From: Candidatus Micrarchaeota archaeon
GTDB taxonomy: Archaea; B1Sed10-29; B47-G15
Direction: 5' to 3'
Assembly: GCA_003660975.1 (NCBI GenBank)
Contig: QMVG01000001.1
Span: 32,001 to 96,000, forward strand
DNA length: 64,000 nucleotides
Shown here in pieces: positions 26,910-35,761 of the stretch. The position numbers and the translations under genes are program-made. The first letter of the stretch is position 1. Each line of letters opens with the position of its first letter. The notes beneath the pieces are model-generated. The model was not told the DNA's origin. It searched no databases and saw nothing but the letters and a program-made list of their open reading frames with translations.

Positions 26910-27920
26910 GAGCTTTATGTCCAAAACCACTTGAACCGTGCTGGGGCTGTAAGGCCTCGCTATTCTCTTGTTTATTATCTTGAATGCTATTCCCTCTTTA
27001 TCTGCCTCCTCCTTTACGATTTCCTCTGCGTATTCAAAAGCGTTGTCTTTCGGCGCGAACTGGTAGTAGTGAACGACAGCATCGGCTTTTGCTATCTTAA
27101 AAGCATATTTGAGAAAATGCCTCGCACCTTCTGGTAAGGGCATTATAATCCTATCGCATCTTTCAGCTATTCTCTTGTATGCAACTGAAACATCCCCTTT
27201 TATCGGGATAATGATATTTTCCATGTGGTTAAGTGATATGTTTTTAACAAGAAGCCTATATGCCTCTGGATTCAGCTCTATCGCGTATATTTTAACATTT
27301 TTCTGCTTCTTTCCTATGACTAAAGCAAATGGTCCTACCCCTGCAAAAAAATAGGCTATCCTCTCTCCTGCTTTTACCTGCGATGCAATCCTTTCCCGCT
27401 CGTGAGACAGCCTTGGCGTGAAGTAAACTTTATTTACATCAACCAGCATTCTTGCCCCTGATTCCTTATGCTCAGTTAAGGTCCTCTTATCACCGCCTAT
27501 AACCTCAACAGGCCGTATCCTAAAAACACCTCCGTGCTTCCCTGCTCTTTTGCAGACTGTCTTCACGTGTTTATGGACCTTCATTATTGCTTCTGCAATG
27601 TCCTTCTCATACCTCTCTAGGCCTTTCCCAATCTCAATGACTGCTATGTCCCCTATTATATCGAAACTCTTTGTAAGCTTGGACAATTCGTCTTCACTGA
27701 GACGGTCTTTAAGAGCCTCCTCTAAACTGAAATAGCTTTGTTCAGCGGCTTTTAGCTTCTTTTCTACAGTCTCGTAGCCTTTTACCTTGTCTTTAATAGG
27801 AAAGTAAACATAAGCTGAGTCAAAAAAAGTTTTGTAGCGCTTGTCAAAGACACCTATCTCTACCAAATGTTTTCTCGTCTTTTCAGCATCCTTTTTCCTA
27901 ACCTTTACACAAAGCACCAT
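26892..27920 (-). CDS. trm5: Trm5/Met-10+ family tRNA (G37) methyltransferase
   Basis: SFDIIGDIA, VYFTPRLSHERERI, FAGVGPF, IELNP, DRIIMPLP. Confidence 0.85.
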   Translation of the reverse strand: MVLCVKVRKKDAEKTRKHLVEIGVFDKRYKTFFDSAYVYFPIKDKVKGYETVEKKLKAAEQSYFSLEEALKDRLSEDELSKLTKSFDIIGDIAVIEIGKGLERYEKDIAEAIMKVHKHVKTVCKRAGKHGGVFRIRPVEVIGGDKRTLTEHKESGARMLVDVNKVYFTPRLSHERERIASQVKAGERIAYFFAGVGPFALVIGKKQKNVKIYAIELNPEAYRLLVKNISLNHMENIIIPIKGDVSVAYKRIAERCDRIIMPLPEGARHFLKYAFKIAKADAVVHYYQFAPKDNAFEYAEEIVKEEADKEGIAFKIINKRIARPYSPSTVQVVLDIKLLKADA

Positions 27921-27954
27921 AATTGTTTATTAAACAAGATTCAATAAAAGAGTT

Positions 27955-28737
27955 ATGACCTTTTTTGATGACTATTTCGTAAAACCAATCATAGAGGGAA
28001 GCGGTTATAATATTGTAAATACAGTGACATATGGCCTTCTTTTTATAATCTCCCTATTCGCTGTCAAAAAAATACTCGTTCACCTGCAAATAAAAACAGA
28101 CAAAAAACTATGGTGGAAACTTACTCCTCTTGTGATTTCCGCAGGTTTACTGAGGGCATTGCAGGACCATCACTTATTCTCATTTATGGCTTTGTTTCAA
28201 TACCTTTTCGTAACCCCTTTCATTTACCTGCTTATCTTCGCTATAGCTATAACGCTGCTTTTACTTGAAAGAAAAATTAAAAACATAACAATATATGTCT
28301 CTTCTGTAATGGCCATCTTTCTTTTCTTTTTTGTTGCTGTAATGGCAAGGCAATGGTATTATTTTAGTATTGCGATTGCTTTGCTCGTCCTCTCTATATC
28401 TATCACTTTCCTGCTGATGAAAATTACAAGGATGAAGTTTATGGATAAAATAAACTGGAGTGTTGTGGTTGCCCAAACTCTAGATGCCTGCTCCAGCTTT
28501 ACAGCCATATCGGTAATGGGAAGCTTTGCTGAACAACATGTAGTTCCAAACATTATATTTTCACAATTGCCTTTCTACCTTTTCATACCATTAAAAGTGT
28601 CTCTGGCAGTGTTTGCTGTGTATGTAATAGATAGGGAAGTTAGAGGCGCATGGAATTGGTTGTTAAAATTCAGCATACTTGTTTTGGGCTTAGGGCCTGG
28701 AACACGAAATTTAATGACAATGTTAATAAGTAATTAG
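27955..28737 (+). CDS. DUF63 family membrane protein
   Basis: GYNIVNTVTYG, LDACSSF, EQHVV, LGLGPGTRN. Confidence 0.8.
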   Translation: MTFFDDYFVKPIIEGSGYNIVNTVTYGLLFIISLFAVKKILVHLQIKTDKKLWWKLTPLVISAGLLRALQDHHLFSFMALFQYLFVTPFIYLLIFAIAITLLLLERKIKNITIYVSSVMAIFLFFFVAVMARQWYYFSIAIALLVLSISITFLLMKITRMKFMDKINWSVVVAQTLDACSSFTAISVMGSFAEQHVVPNIIFSQLPFYLFIPLKVSLAVFAVYVIDREVRGAWNWLLKFSILVLGLGPGTRNLMTMLISN

Positions 28738-28785
28738 AGAAACAACGGCAAACAGTAATAAATATGTTTATTCTAAAAAATGTGA

Positions 28786-28858
28786 GCGCCAGTAGTCTAG
28801 CCTGGTAGGACTTTGGCTTCCCAAGCCAACGACCCGGGTTCAAATCCCGGCTGGCGCA
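28786..28858 (+). tRNA. tRNA-Gly(CCC)
   Basis: Acceptor GCGCCAG/CTGGCGC; anticodon arm TTGGC-TTCCCAA-GCCAA. Confidence 0.95.
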
Positions 28859-28938
28859 TTTCACAAGCTTTGAAGGCAAGCTATAAGCTGTCAAAAAATA
28901 AAAACTAAAAAATAAGCCGAACTTCCTAAAAAATTTTC

Positions 28939-29226
28939 TTATCTTTCAACCTTCATTTCTCCATTTCGGCCTATATTAACTTGCAGCTCGCCGTTCCATT
29001 CCTTTGTGTAAGCTCCTTTTATGCTTATTTTGTCTCCTTCCTCAACTTGGTCTACTTGCTTACCCCAAAGGGTGAGTTTCACTGAGCCACTGTCATCCTC
29101 TATCACTGCGTTAGATACTCTATTTGGTCCATACTTTGTTGTTATCTGCTTTGTTTCTCCTTTTTCTTTAACAGTGGCCTCAAGATCGACGTCTTGCATG
29201 CCTGCCTTAAGCTCAGCAATTTTCAT
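28939..29226 (-). CDS. Single OB-fold ssDNA-binding protein (SSB/RPA-like)
   Basis: MKIAELKAG..., IEDDSGSVKLTLWG, EWNGELQVNIGRNG. Confidence 0.88.
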   Translation of the reverse strand: MKIAELKAGMQDVDLEATVKEKGETKQITTKYGPNRVSNAVIEDDSGSVKLTLWGKQVDQVEEGDKISIKGAYTKEWNGELQVNIGRNGEMKVER

Positions 29227-29235
29227 TTTTTCACC

Positions 29236-29652
29236 TCATTTTTCAAAAAGTTTTTTCTTAAACGCGTCCTCCACCATCTTTGAATGGTCAAAACCAAGAG
29301 GGTGCGGGATTTTGTCTAGGGGAAAATATCTGGCTTCCTCTGCATCACTGCCAGCCCTTGCATCCTCATTTGTGCGCACATAAAAGCAAACAGATATTGC
29401 TCTTGGTTCTCTTGGGTCCCTGTCTGGGTCTGAATAAACCCCAACAAGTTTCAAGCTGTTTAGATTAACAGAGATTGAAGTCTCTTCCTTAAGCTCTCTT
29501 ACAGCTGCTTCTTCAACTGTCTCATTCTTGTCTACATGGCCTCCTGGCAAGCACCACTTATCCTTAAATGGTTCCTGCTTTCTCCTTATAAGAAGAATGC
29601 CCTTGTCTGACTCGACAATCAAATCAACAGCCACCCTGTAGAGATCTGCCAT
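29236..29652 (-). CDS. NUDIX hydrolase (ADP-ribose pyrophosphatase-like)
   Basis: Nudix box GGHVDKNETVEEAAVRELKEET; PDRDPR; FDH. Confidence 0.92.
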   Translation of the reverse strand: MADLYRVAVDLIVESDKGILLIRRKQEPFKDKWCLPGGHVDKNETVEEAAVRELKEETSISVNLNSLKLVGVYSDPDRDPREPRAISVCFYVRTNEDARAGSDAEEARYFPLDKIPHPLGFDHSKMVEDAFKKKLFEK

Positions 29653-29700
29653 GTACTCCCCTAAAACAATAACAAGACCAAAAAAGTAAAGGTCTCCAAC

Positions 29701-29913
29701 TCATATCTCTTTTAGGGTCTTTATGAAGAATTCTTTTATTTCTTCTTCAGCTGGGAAACCTATTCCTGCTTTGTATCTCTTGTCACCTGTTCTCGTGTAA
29801 TATCCCTTTGAAAGAGATATGAACTCTGCATCTTCTACTTTCTTTCTTGCTATCTCAATAAAATTGTTCCCATACTTGTATTCTTCAGATTTTATTGTTT
29901 CATATTCTGCCAT
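29701..29913 (-). CDS. Small hypothetical protein (possible PC4/whirly-like fold)
   Basis: GGAGTG SD before ATG 29913; four beta strands then a helix. Confidence 0.6.
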   Translation of the reverse strand: MAEYETIKSEEYKYGNNFIEIARKKVEDAEFISLSKGYYTRTGDKRYKAGIGFPAEEEIKEFFIKTLKEI

Positions 29914-30014
29914 GTATTTCACACTCCTATGGTTGTACATTAATTTCTGTTAATCAGGTATAAAAAGGAGTAGCTTACACAGGGTTATTAAAATGAGAAA
30001 AAAGTAATTTAACT

Positions 30015-31142
30015 ATGATTTATGCTTTTGTGTTCGGTAAAAACTGGAAGCTCAGCTTGGCTGAAATTTTGTCGTATTTTGAATATAGGGAAATAAAGTG
30101 GTCATTTGTGGATTTAAGCAAAAAAGCAATCGTGGTTGATACAGAAATCTCCCCACAGGACACCATAAGTGATTTAGGTGGCACGCTTAAGATAGTAAAA
30201 ATTGAAAAGCAATTCCCTTTTGCTGAATTGTTTAGCCAAGATTTTGGGGACTGGACAGAGAGGCCAATAAGCGTATATGGTTCGTATAAGCTTCTTCATA
30301 ACATAAGAAAAGTATTTAACATTGTCCCGAAAGACAAGGTTCTCTCTCACACAGAGATTATTTCCAAGGGCTTGAAAGAATCAGCCCTTATTTTTGGACT
30401 TAAAACTTGTTACTGGGGGAAGACTGTGGCAGTAAGCAACCCTTTTGGGTTCAAAAAAAGAGACATTCAAAAACCTGCCCAAAGAACAAGATTAGCCATA
30501 TCTCCATCAAGAGCAAGGATATTGTTAAATTTAAGCCAGGCGAAAGAAAATGTCTTGGACCCCTTTTGTGGTGTTGGGACCATAGCAGTTGAGGCGATAT
30601 TCCATGGGATTAAAAGGGTATATATAAGTGATTACGACAAAGAGGTATTGAAAGATGCTGAGAAAAATGTTAGGTGGGCCAAAAAAGTGGCAGGCTCAAA
30701 TGCAAAGGTAATCATAAAACACTGCGACGCGAGAAAAATTTCTGAATGTTTTTCGAAGGTAGAGGCAGTTGCAACAGAACCTGATCTTGGTGTAAGTTTA
30801 AAAAGAAGGCCAAGTAAAGCAGACGCAAGACAGATAATATTATACTTAAAACCTCTTTACAAAAAGTTCATGAATAGCCTGCGTGATTGTTTAGAGTTGG
30901 GGGGAAGAGTGGCAATTACATTGCCTTGTATAAATTCAAAGTCAGGCAAGGTGTATGCAGGTAAATTCTTTCTGGGTTATGAGCTAGTAGACCCTTTTGA
31001 AAGCATAGCTCAGAGATACAGGGAGTTCTTAAAGTTAGATGGAAAGACAGTGCTTGATGAGGAAAGGGAAAAAGGCGTTAAAAGAAACGTCATAAGAGAG
31101 TTTTGTGTGTATAGGTTGAGAGAAAAAGCAACAAAAAAATAA
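30015..31142 (+). CDS. Trm11/TrmG10-like RNA methyltransferase (UPF0020 domain)
   Basis: LSLAEI N-terminus, VLDPFCGVGTI SAM-binding motif, ATEPDLG. Confidence 0.8.
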   Translation: MIYAFVFGKNWKLSLAEILSYFEYREIKWSFVDLSKKAIVVDTEISPQDTISDLGGTLKIVKIEKQFPFAELFSQDFGDWTERPISVYGSYKLLHNIRKVFNIVPKDKVLSHTEIISKGLKESALIFGLKTCYWGKTVAVSNPFGFKKRDIQKPAQRTRLAISPSRARILLNLSQAKENVLDPFCGVGTIAVEAIFHGIKRVYISDYDKEVLKDAEKNVRWAKKVAGSNAKVIIKHCDARKISECFSKVEAVATEPDLGVSLKRRPSKADARQIILYLKPLYKKFMNSLRDCLELGGRVAITLPCINSKSGKVYAGKFFLGYELVDPFESIAQRYREFLKLDGKTVLDEEREKGVKRNVIREFCVYRLREKATKK

Positions 31143-31163
31143 TAAACATAAAGCGTTTATTAT

Positions 31164-33467
31164 ATGGAAAGGAGAGTGAACGTCATGTCTGAATTCATAA
31201 AGTTTTTTGATGAGCTAAGTAAAGAAGATGTTTCCCTTGTTGGTGGAAAAAACGCAAACCTGGGTGAGATGATAAGCAAGGCAAACGTGCCTGTGCCTTT
31301 TGGTTTCGCTATAACTGCCAAAGCATATCAATACTTTATCGAAAAAAACAACCTATATAGCAAAATCTCTGTTGAAATGAAGAGGTTAACTGACATTAAT
31401 GACACTAAAACACTACAAAGCGTGGGTAAAAACATCAGGGAAATGATTGAAGGAGCAGATATACCAGAGGATTTAGAGCAAGAGATAAAAGAGAGTTACC
31501 GAAAACTAGCAGAAAAAATAGGCATTGAAAAGCCCTTTGTTGCTGTAAGGTCAAGTGCAACAGCGGAAGATTTGCCAGGTGCTTCTTTTGCTGGCCAGCA
31601 GGAAACATATTTAAATGTCAGGGGAGAGGAAGAACTAATAGAAAAAACAAAAAAGTGTTTTGCATCTCTCTTTACAGACAGAGCTATTTTTTACAGGATA
31701 GAGAAAGGTTTTGATTGGAGGAAGGTCAGCCTCAGCGTAGGCGTTCAAAAAATGGTTAACTCAAAGGCCGCTGGTGTGATGTTTACCTTGGATGTAAGAA
31801 ATGGAGATACAAGCAAAATAGTTATAGAAGGGGCTTGGGGGCTTGGAGAGTACATTGTGCAAGGCACTGTGACCCCGGACCACTGGCTTGTTGATAAGGA
31901 AACAATGAAGATAGTTGAGACAAAGATAAGTGATAAGCCAATTATGCTGCTTAGAGCCCCTGGAGGGGGCAATATAGAACAAACAGTTATGGAGGATATG
32001 AGAAGAAAGCCCTGCTTGACTGACGAGCAGGTAATAGAGCTGGCTAGGTATGGCAAGCAATTAGAAGAACACTACCAGCATGCGGAGGATATTGAATGGG
32101 CCTTGGATGCTGACGAAAACAAATTATATATTATACAATGCAGGCCTGAAACCTTCTGGTCAGAAAGAAAAGGCACAGAAGCAAAAGTAATCACAAAAGC
32201 AGAGGCAGTGCTAACTGGTTTGGCTGCTAGCCCTGGCGTTGGCATAGGAGCAGTCAAGAAGGTGATCGAGCTCAGAGATTTGAGCAAGGTTCAAAAAGGA
32301 GATGTGCTGGTAACTAAAATGACCACTCCTGATATGGTGCCTGCGATGGAAAAAGCATCTGCTATAGTAACTGATGAGGGGGGAAGTACAAGTCATGCTG
32401 CTATTGTCTCAAGAGAGCTCGGAATTCCCTGTGTTGTCGGGACTGGGGAAGCTACAAAGAAACTTAATGATGGAGAGATAATCACTGTTGACGGAAGTTC
32501 TGGTAAAGTTTATTTGGGGAAGCTGGAAATAGAGGCAAGAGAAGAGGAGGACTACTCTAACTTACCTGAAACAAAAACCAAGATATACGTGAATTTAGGC
32601 ATACCAGGCATTGCGGAGAAGATAGCTAAAAGGCCTGTTGACGGAGTAGGGCTCATGAGAGAAGAATTTATTCTTGCAACATACGTAAAAGAGCACCCCT
32701 TGGCACTGATAGAGCAGGGAAGACAGCAGTTTTTCATAGATAAGCTGGCAGAGGGAATAGAGAAGGTAGTTAAGGCATTTAACCCGCGACCTGTGATCTT
32801 GAGGTTCAGTGACTTCAAAACAAACGAATACAGAGAGCTGAAAGGCGGTGAGAAATTTGAACCGCATGAAGACAACCCCATGCTTGGGTGGAGAGGCTGT
32901 TCAAGATATGTCTCTCCGAAATACAAAGATGCATTTGTGCTTGAACTGGAAGCTGTAAAAAAGGTAAGGGCAAAAGGTTACAAGAACCTTTGGGTCATGT
33001 TGCCATTTCCAAGAACAGTAAAAGAGGTTGTTGAAGTTGAGAAAATAATGGAAGAGCATGGACTGAAAAGAGGAGAAGACCTAAAGCTAATCCTGATGGC
33101 TGAGATTCCATCCAACATATTTTTAGCTGATAAGTTTAGCGAACATTGTGATGGCTTTTCAATAGGAAGTAATGACTTAACACAATTAATACTCGGTGTT
33201 GACAGAGATAGCGAAATACTTGGAAAGATGGGCTATTTTGACGAAAGGAATGAGGCAGTCCTAAGGGCAATTGAACACCTGATAAAAACAGCGCACGAAA
33301 AGGGAAAGATTGTAGGCATATGCGGACAGGCGCCGTCAAACTATCCAGATTTCGCGAGGTTCTTAGTGAAGTGTGGCATTGACAGCATTTCTGTAAATCC
33401 TGATGTAATCGCAAAGACGAGGAGGATAGTGGCAGAGGCAGAAAAAGAGTTAGGCAGAGGGCTCTAA
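31164..33467 (+). CDS. ppsA: Phosphoenolpyruvate synthase (pyruvate, water dikinase)
   Basis: VGGKNANLGEM, AVRSSATAED, phospho-His TSHAAIVSRELG, GFSIGSNDLTQ. Confidence 0.97.
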   Translation: MERRVNVMSEFIKFFDELSKEDVSLVGGKNANLGEMISKANVPVPFGFAITAKAYQYFIEKNNLYSKISVEMKRLTDINDTKTLQSVGKNIREMIEGADIPEDLEQEIKESYRKLAEKIGIEKPFVAVRSSATAEDLPGASFAGQQETYLNVRGEEELIEKTKKCFASLFTDRAIFYRIEKGFDWRKVSLSVGVQKMVNSKAAGVMFTLDVRNGDTSKIVIEGAWGLGEYIVQGTVTPDHWLVDKETMKIVETKISDKPIMLLRAPGGGNIEQTVMEDMRRKPCLTDEQVIELARYGKQLEEHYQHAEDIEWALDADENKLYIIQCRPETFWSERKGTEAKVITKAEAVLTGLAASPGVGIGAVKKVIELRDLSKVQKGDVLVTKMTTPDMVPAMEKASAIVTDEGGSTSHAAIVSRELGIPCVVGTGEATKKLNDGEIITVDGSSGKVYLGKLEIEAREEEDYSNLPETKTKIYVNLGIPGIAEKIAKRPVDGVGLMREEFILATYVKEHPLALIEQGRQQFFIDKLAEGIEKVVKAFNPRPVILRFSDFKTNEYRELKGGEKFEPHEDNPMLGWRGCSRYVSPKYKDAFVLELEAVKKVRAKGYKNLWVMLPFPRTVKEVVEVEKIMEEHGLKRGEDLKLILMAEIPSNIFLADKFSEHCDGFSIGSNDLTQLILGVDRDSEILGKMGYFDERNEAVLRAIEHLIKTAHEKGKIVGICGQAPSNYPDFARFLVKCGIDSISVNPDVIAKTRRIVAEAEKELGRGL

Positions 33468-34178
33468 TATCTCTACTTTTATGTTTGGGTCTCCAGCTGC
33501 TACCCTCTGCTTGAACAAAGTAAGATTTGCTGTCAAACCTATGCTTCCGTAGTGCATCGGGATAACAATTTTAGGTTTTATCTCTACAGCTGCTTCAGCT
33601 GCCTCGGTCTCGTTCATTGTATATGTGCCTCCAACAGGCAGCAGAGCAATATCTATGTTTTGAAGTTTGGACATCTCTGGAATCTTATCAGTATCACCAG
33701 CTTGATAGATGTTAACCCCGTTAATGTTTATTACGAAGCCAAGCCAGCCATTTTCCTTGGGATGGAAATTTTTATCTATGTTGTATGCAGGCAGAGCTGT
33801 TATTGAAACCCCCATGATGTTCAAAGTATCCCCAGGTGCCATGAACCTTATATCTCCTCCAAGCTCTGTCAACTTGTCGGCACAGTCCTTTGTAGTCACT
33901 ATTACTGTGTTGTCTTTCTTCAGCTTCTTCACGCTCTCAGGATCACAGTGGTCATAGTGGCTATGTGTTATTAATATCAAGTCGGCCCTATCGTTATGGT
34001 CTGAGATGTTATACGGATCGGTGGCGATGGTCAGGTCTCCCGACTTTATAATGAAACTGGCATGGCCCAACCACTTGACCTCAACTCCTTCATATATCAT
34101 AGCAATTCCCTCCTCTTTTTCAAAGCAACCAGCAAAGATCAAAAAGGTAATGATGATTGCAATAGCAACACTTTTCAT
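33450..34178 (-). CDS. MBL-fold metallo-hydrolase (UPF0173-like) with lipoprotein signal
   Basis: FAG|C lipobox; WLGHAS, THSHYDH, AGDT, PMHY. Confidence 0.88.
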   Translation of the reverse strand: MKSVAIAIIITFLIFAGCFEKEEGIAMIYEGVEVKWLGHASFIIKSGDLTIATDPYNISDHNDRADLILITHSHYDHCDPESVKKLKKDNTVIVTTKDCADKLTELGGDIRFMAPGDTLNIMGVSITALPAYNIDKNFHPKENGWLGFVININGVNIYQAGDTDKIPEMSKLQNIDIALLPVGGTYTMNETEAAEAAVEIKPKIVIPMHYGSIGLTANLTLFKQRVAAGDPNIKVEILEPSA

Positions 34179-34266
34179 CTGTTATCTTATATGTCTTTTG
34201 ACTTATTTTTTAATTTCCCAAAAGCACTAGGTTTTTATAATGAGCATGTAATAAAAATACAAAGAA

Positions 34267-34339
34267 AGTCCCGTAGTCTAGTGGCCAAGGATTCGGGGCT
34301 CTGGACCCCGAGACGGCGGTTCGAATCCGCCCGGGACTA
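34267..34339 (+). tRNA. tRNA-Gln(CTG)
   Basis: Acceptor AGTCCCG/CGGGACT; anticodon arm CGGGG-CTCTGGA-CCCCG. Confidence 0.95.
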
Positions 34340-34341
34340 TT

Positions 34342-34469
34342 GTCCGTTGCGCCGGACCAACGCATGGGATCTTCGATCCCATATGCTGTGATTGGCTTTG
34401 AAAAAGCCGCGTGCGGCTTGCGGACATGGGATCTTCGATCGTCCGTTGCGCCGGACCAACGTATGGGAT
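34342..34469. repeat. GC-rich palindromic direct-repeat array behind tRNA-Gln
   Basis: 29-bp direct repeat 34342-70 / 34441-69 (28/29); CATGGGATCTTCGATC at 34363 and 34425; AAGCCGC/GCGGCTT. Confidence 0.85.
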
Positions 34470-34475
34470 GAGAAT

Positions 34476-34991
34476 ATGAGAAGGAAAAAGAAATTTACGG
34501 TAAAGCCCTTAAAAGAATACGATGCGACAAGGAAGGAATTGGAAGCTTTTTTTAGAGGAGCCAGGTGGTTTGACAGCTTGAGCAAAGCTGAAAAAGAAAA
34601 GGTCTTGGACGAGGTTATGAGAGATCCAAAAAACAAATGGCTTATAGAGGAGATGAGAAAAGCAGTTATTGACAAGGCAGCTTTGAAGGAAGAGCTATTA
34701 AAAAAAGCAAAGGAAGAGGAAAAGGAATTTGCTAAAAATGAAAAAGCTGCAATGGAATTGGTGAAAAGGCTAGAAAAAGAGGAAGAGATTAGATATAGAA
34801 TAAAAAAAGACCCCTGGTTTTTAGAAAAGGAATTTGAAAATTCCATCATATATCAGCAATTAAACAGCAGGGGAAGGGAGAAATTTATAAAGTGGCTGGA
34901 GAAAAATCCACACAAAGTAATAGAATTAGAAGAGAAAAAGGCAGATATAGAGGATGTTGTTATTGATTTTCTAAAAGAAACAAACAAATGA
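34476..34991 (+). CDS. Highly charged helical orphan protein
   Basis: ATG 34476 (MRRKKKF...); Lys/Glu-rich; the longer ORF-track start runs through the repeat array. Confidence 0.7.
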   Translation: MRRKKKFTVKPLKEYDATRKELEAFFRGARWFDSLSKAEKEKVLDEVMRDPKNKWLIEEMRKAVIDKAALKEELLKKAKEEEKEFAKNEKAAMELVKRLEKEEEIRYRIKKDPWFLEKEFENSIIYQQLNSRGREKFIKWLEKNPHKVIELEEKKADIEDVVIDFLKETNK

Positions 34992-34992
34992 G

Positions 34993-35065
34993 GGGCCCGT
35001 GGTCTAGCGGTTAGGACACTGCCTTCACACGGCAGAGATCAAGGGTTCAAATCCCTTCGGGCCCA
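34993..35065 (+). tRNA. tRNA-Val(CAC)
   Basis: Acceptor GGGCCCG/CGGGCCC; anticodon arm CTGCC-TTCACAC-GGCAG. Confidence 0.95.
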
Positions 35066-35240
35066 TTTTTGCAAGCTTTTTTCACAGTTATCACAGAAAA
35101 AAGCTTATTTTTGCTTAAGCTTTTTCCATAGTTTTCACAGAAAAAAGCTTAGGTCGAAGACCATGACCCCATGGCATTTATTTCGCTTAAGCCTTTAGCG
35201 TAGCGATAATAGAAAAGGCTTAAATTCCTTCGGGCCTATT
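35066..35240 (+). repeat. tRNA-3'-associated palindromic element, copy 2 (expanded), plus duplicate of the tRNA-Val 3' end
   Basis: Two AAGCTTTTT/AAAAAGCTT hairpins, GGTC-GAA-GACC, TTAAGCCTTT(35187-96)/AAAGGCTTAA(35214-23); 35222-40 matches 35049-67 at 17/19. Confidence 0.85.
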
Positions 35241-35302
35241 GTCTGTTTTGTTGGAAAGATCAAGACATAGATTTTATATATCCACTGCTTCTAAATTAGA
35301 GC

Positions 35303-35761
35303 ATGGCAAAAGAGAACATAGTGGATGAATTAGACATAAAGATACTGAAAGAGTTGCGAAGGGATGGTAGGTTGTCATTTAGGCAGCTTGCTAATAGGTT
35401 AAATGTGGCAACAGGTACAATACAAAAAAGGATAAAGCGCATGGAGGACCTTGATATAATAAGGGGCTACCATGTTAGCATTGACTTTGAAAAGTTGGGT
35501 TACAAAATCACGGCTGTTGTGGGCGTGATAGGCAACCAGGAGAGCATCATAAAGCTGGAAGATAAGCTCAAAAAAATGAGCAACGTGATAGGGCTGTATG
35601 GTGTTACTGGAGAATACGACCTCCTTATTGCAGCTAAGTTCAAAACAATAACTGAATTAAATGACTTTATAAGGAAGCACTTTAATATTAAGGGAGTAGA
35701 CAAAACAGTAACTTTCATAGTGCTACAAACAGTCAAAGAGGAACGTGGTCTCTTTGAGTGA
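35303..35761 (+). CDS. Lrp/AsnC family transcriptional regulator
   Basis: DELDIKILKELRRDGR HTH; VTGEYDL. Confidence 0.93.
   Translation: MAKENIVDELDIKILKELRRDGRLSFRQLANRLNVATGTIQKRIKRMEDLDIIRGYHVSIDFEKLGYKITAVVGVIGNQESIIKLEDKLKKMSNVIGLYGVTGEYDLLIAAKFKTITELNDFIRKHFNIKGVDKTVTFIVLQTVKEERGLFE

Noticed and set aside
34392-34475. N-terminal extension of the 199-aa ORF
   Set aside because: It translates the palindromic repeat array; ATG 34476 is the more plausible start.
35066-35240. Possible mini-CRISPR array
   Set aside because: Units are hairpins with related loops, not identical repeats with unique spacers; no cas genes in the window.
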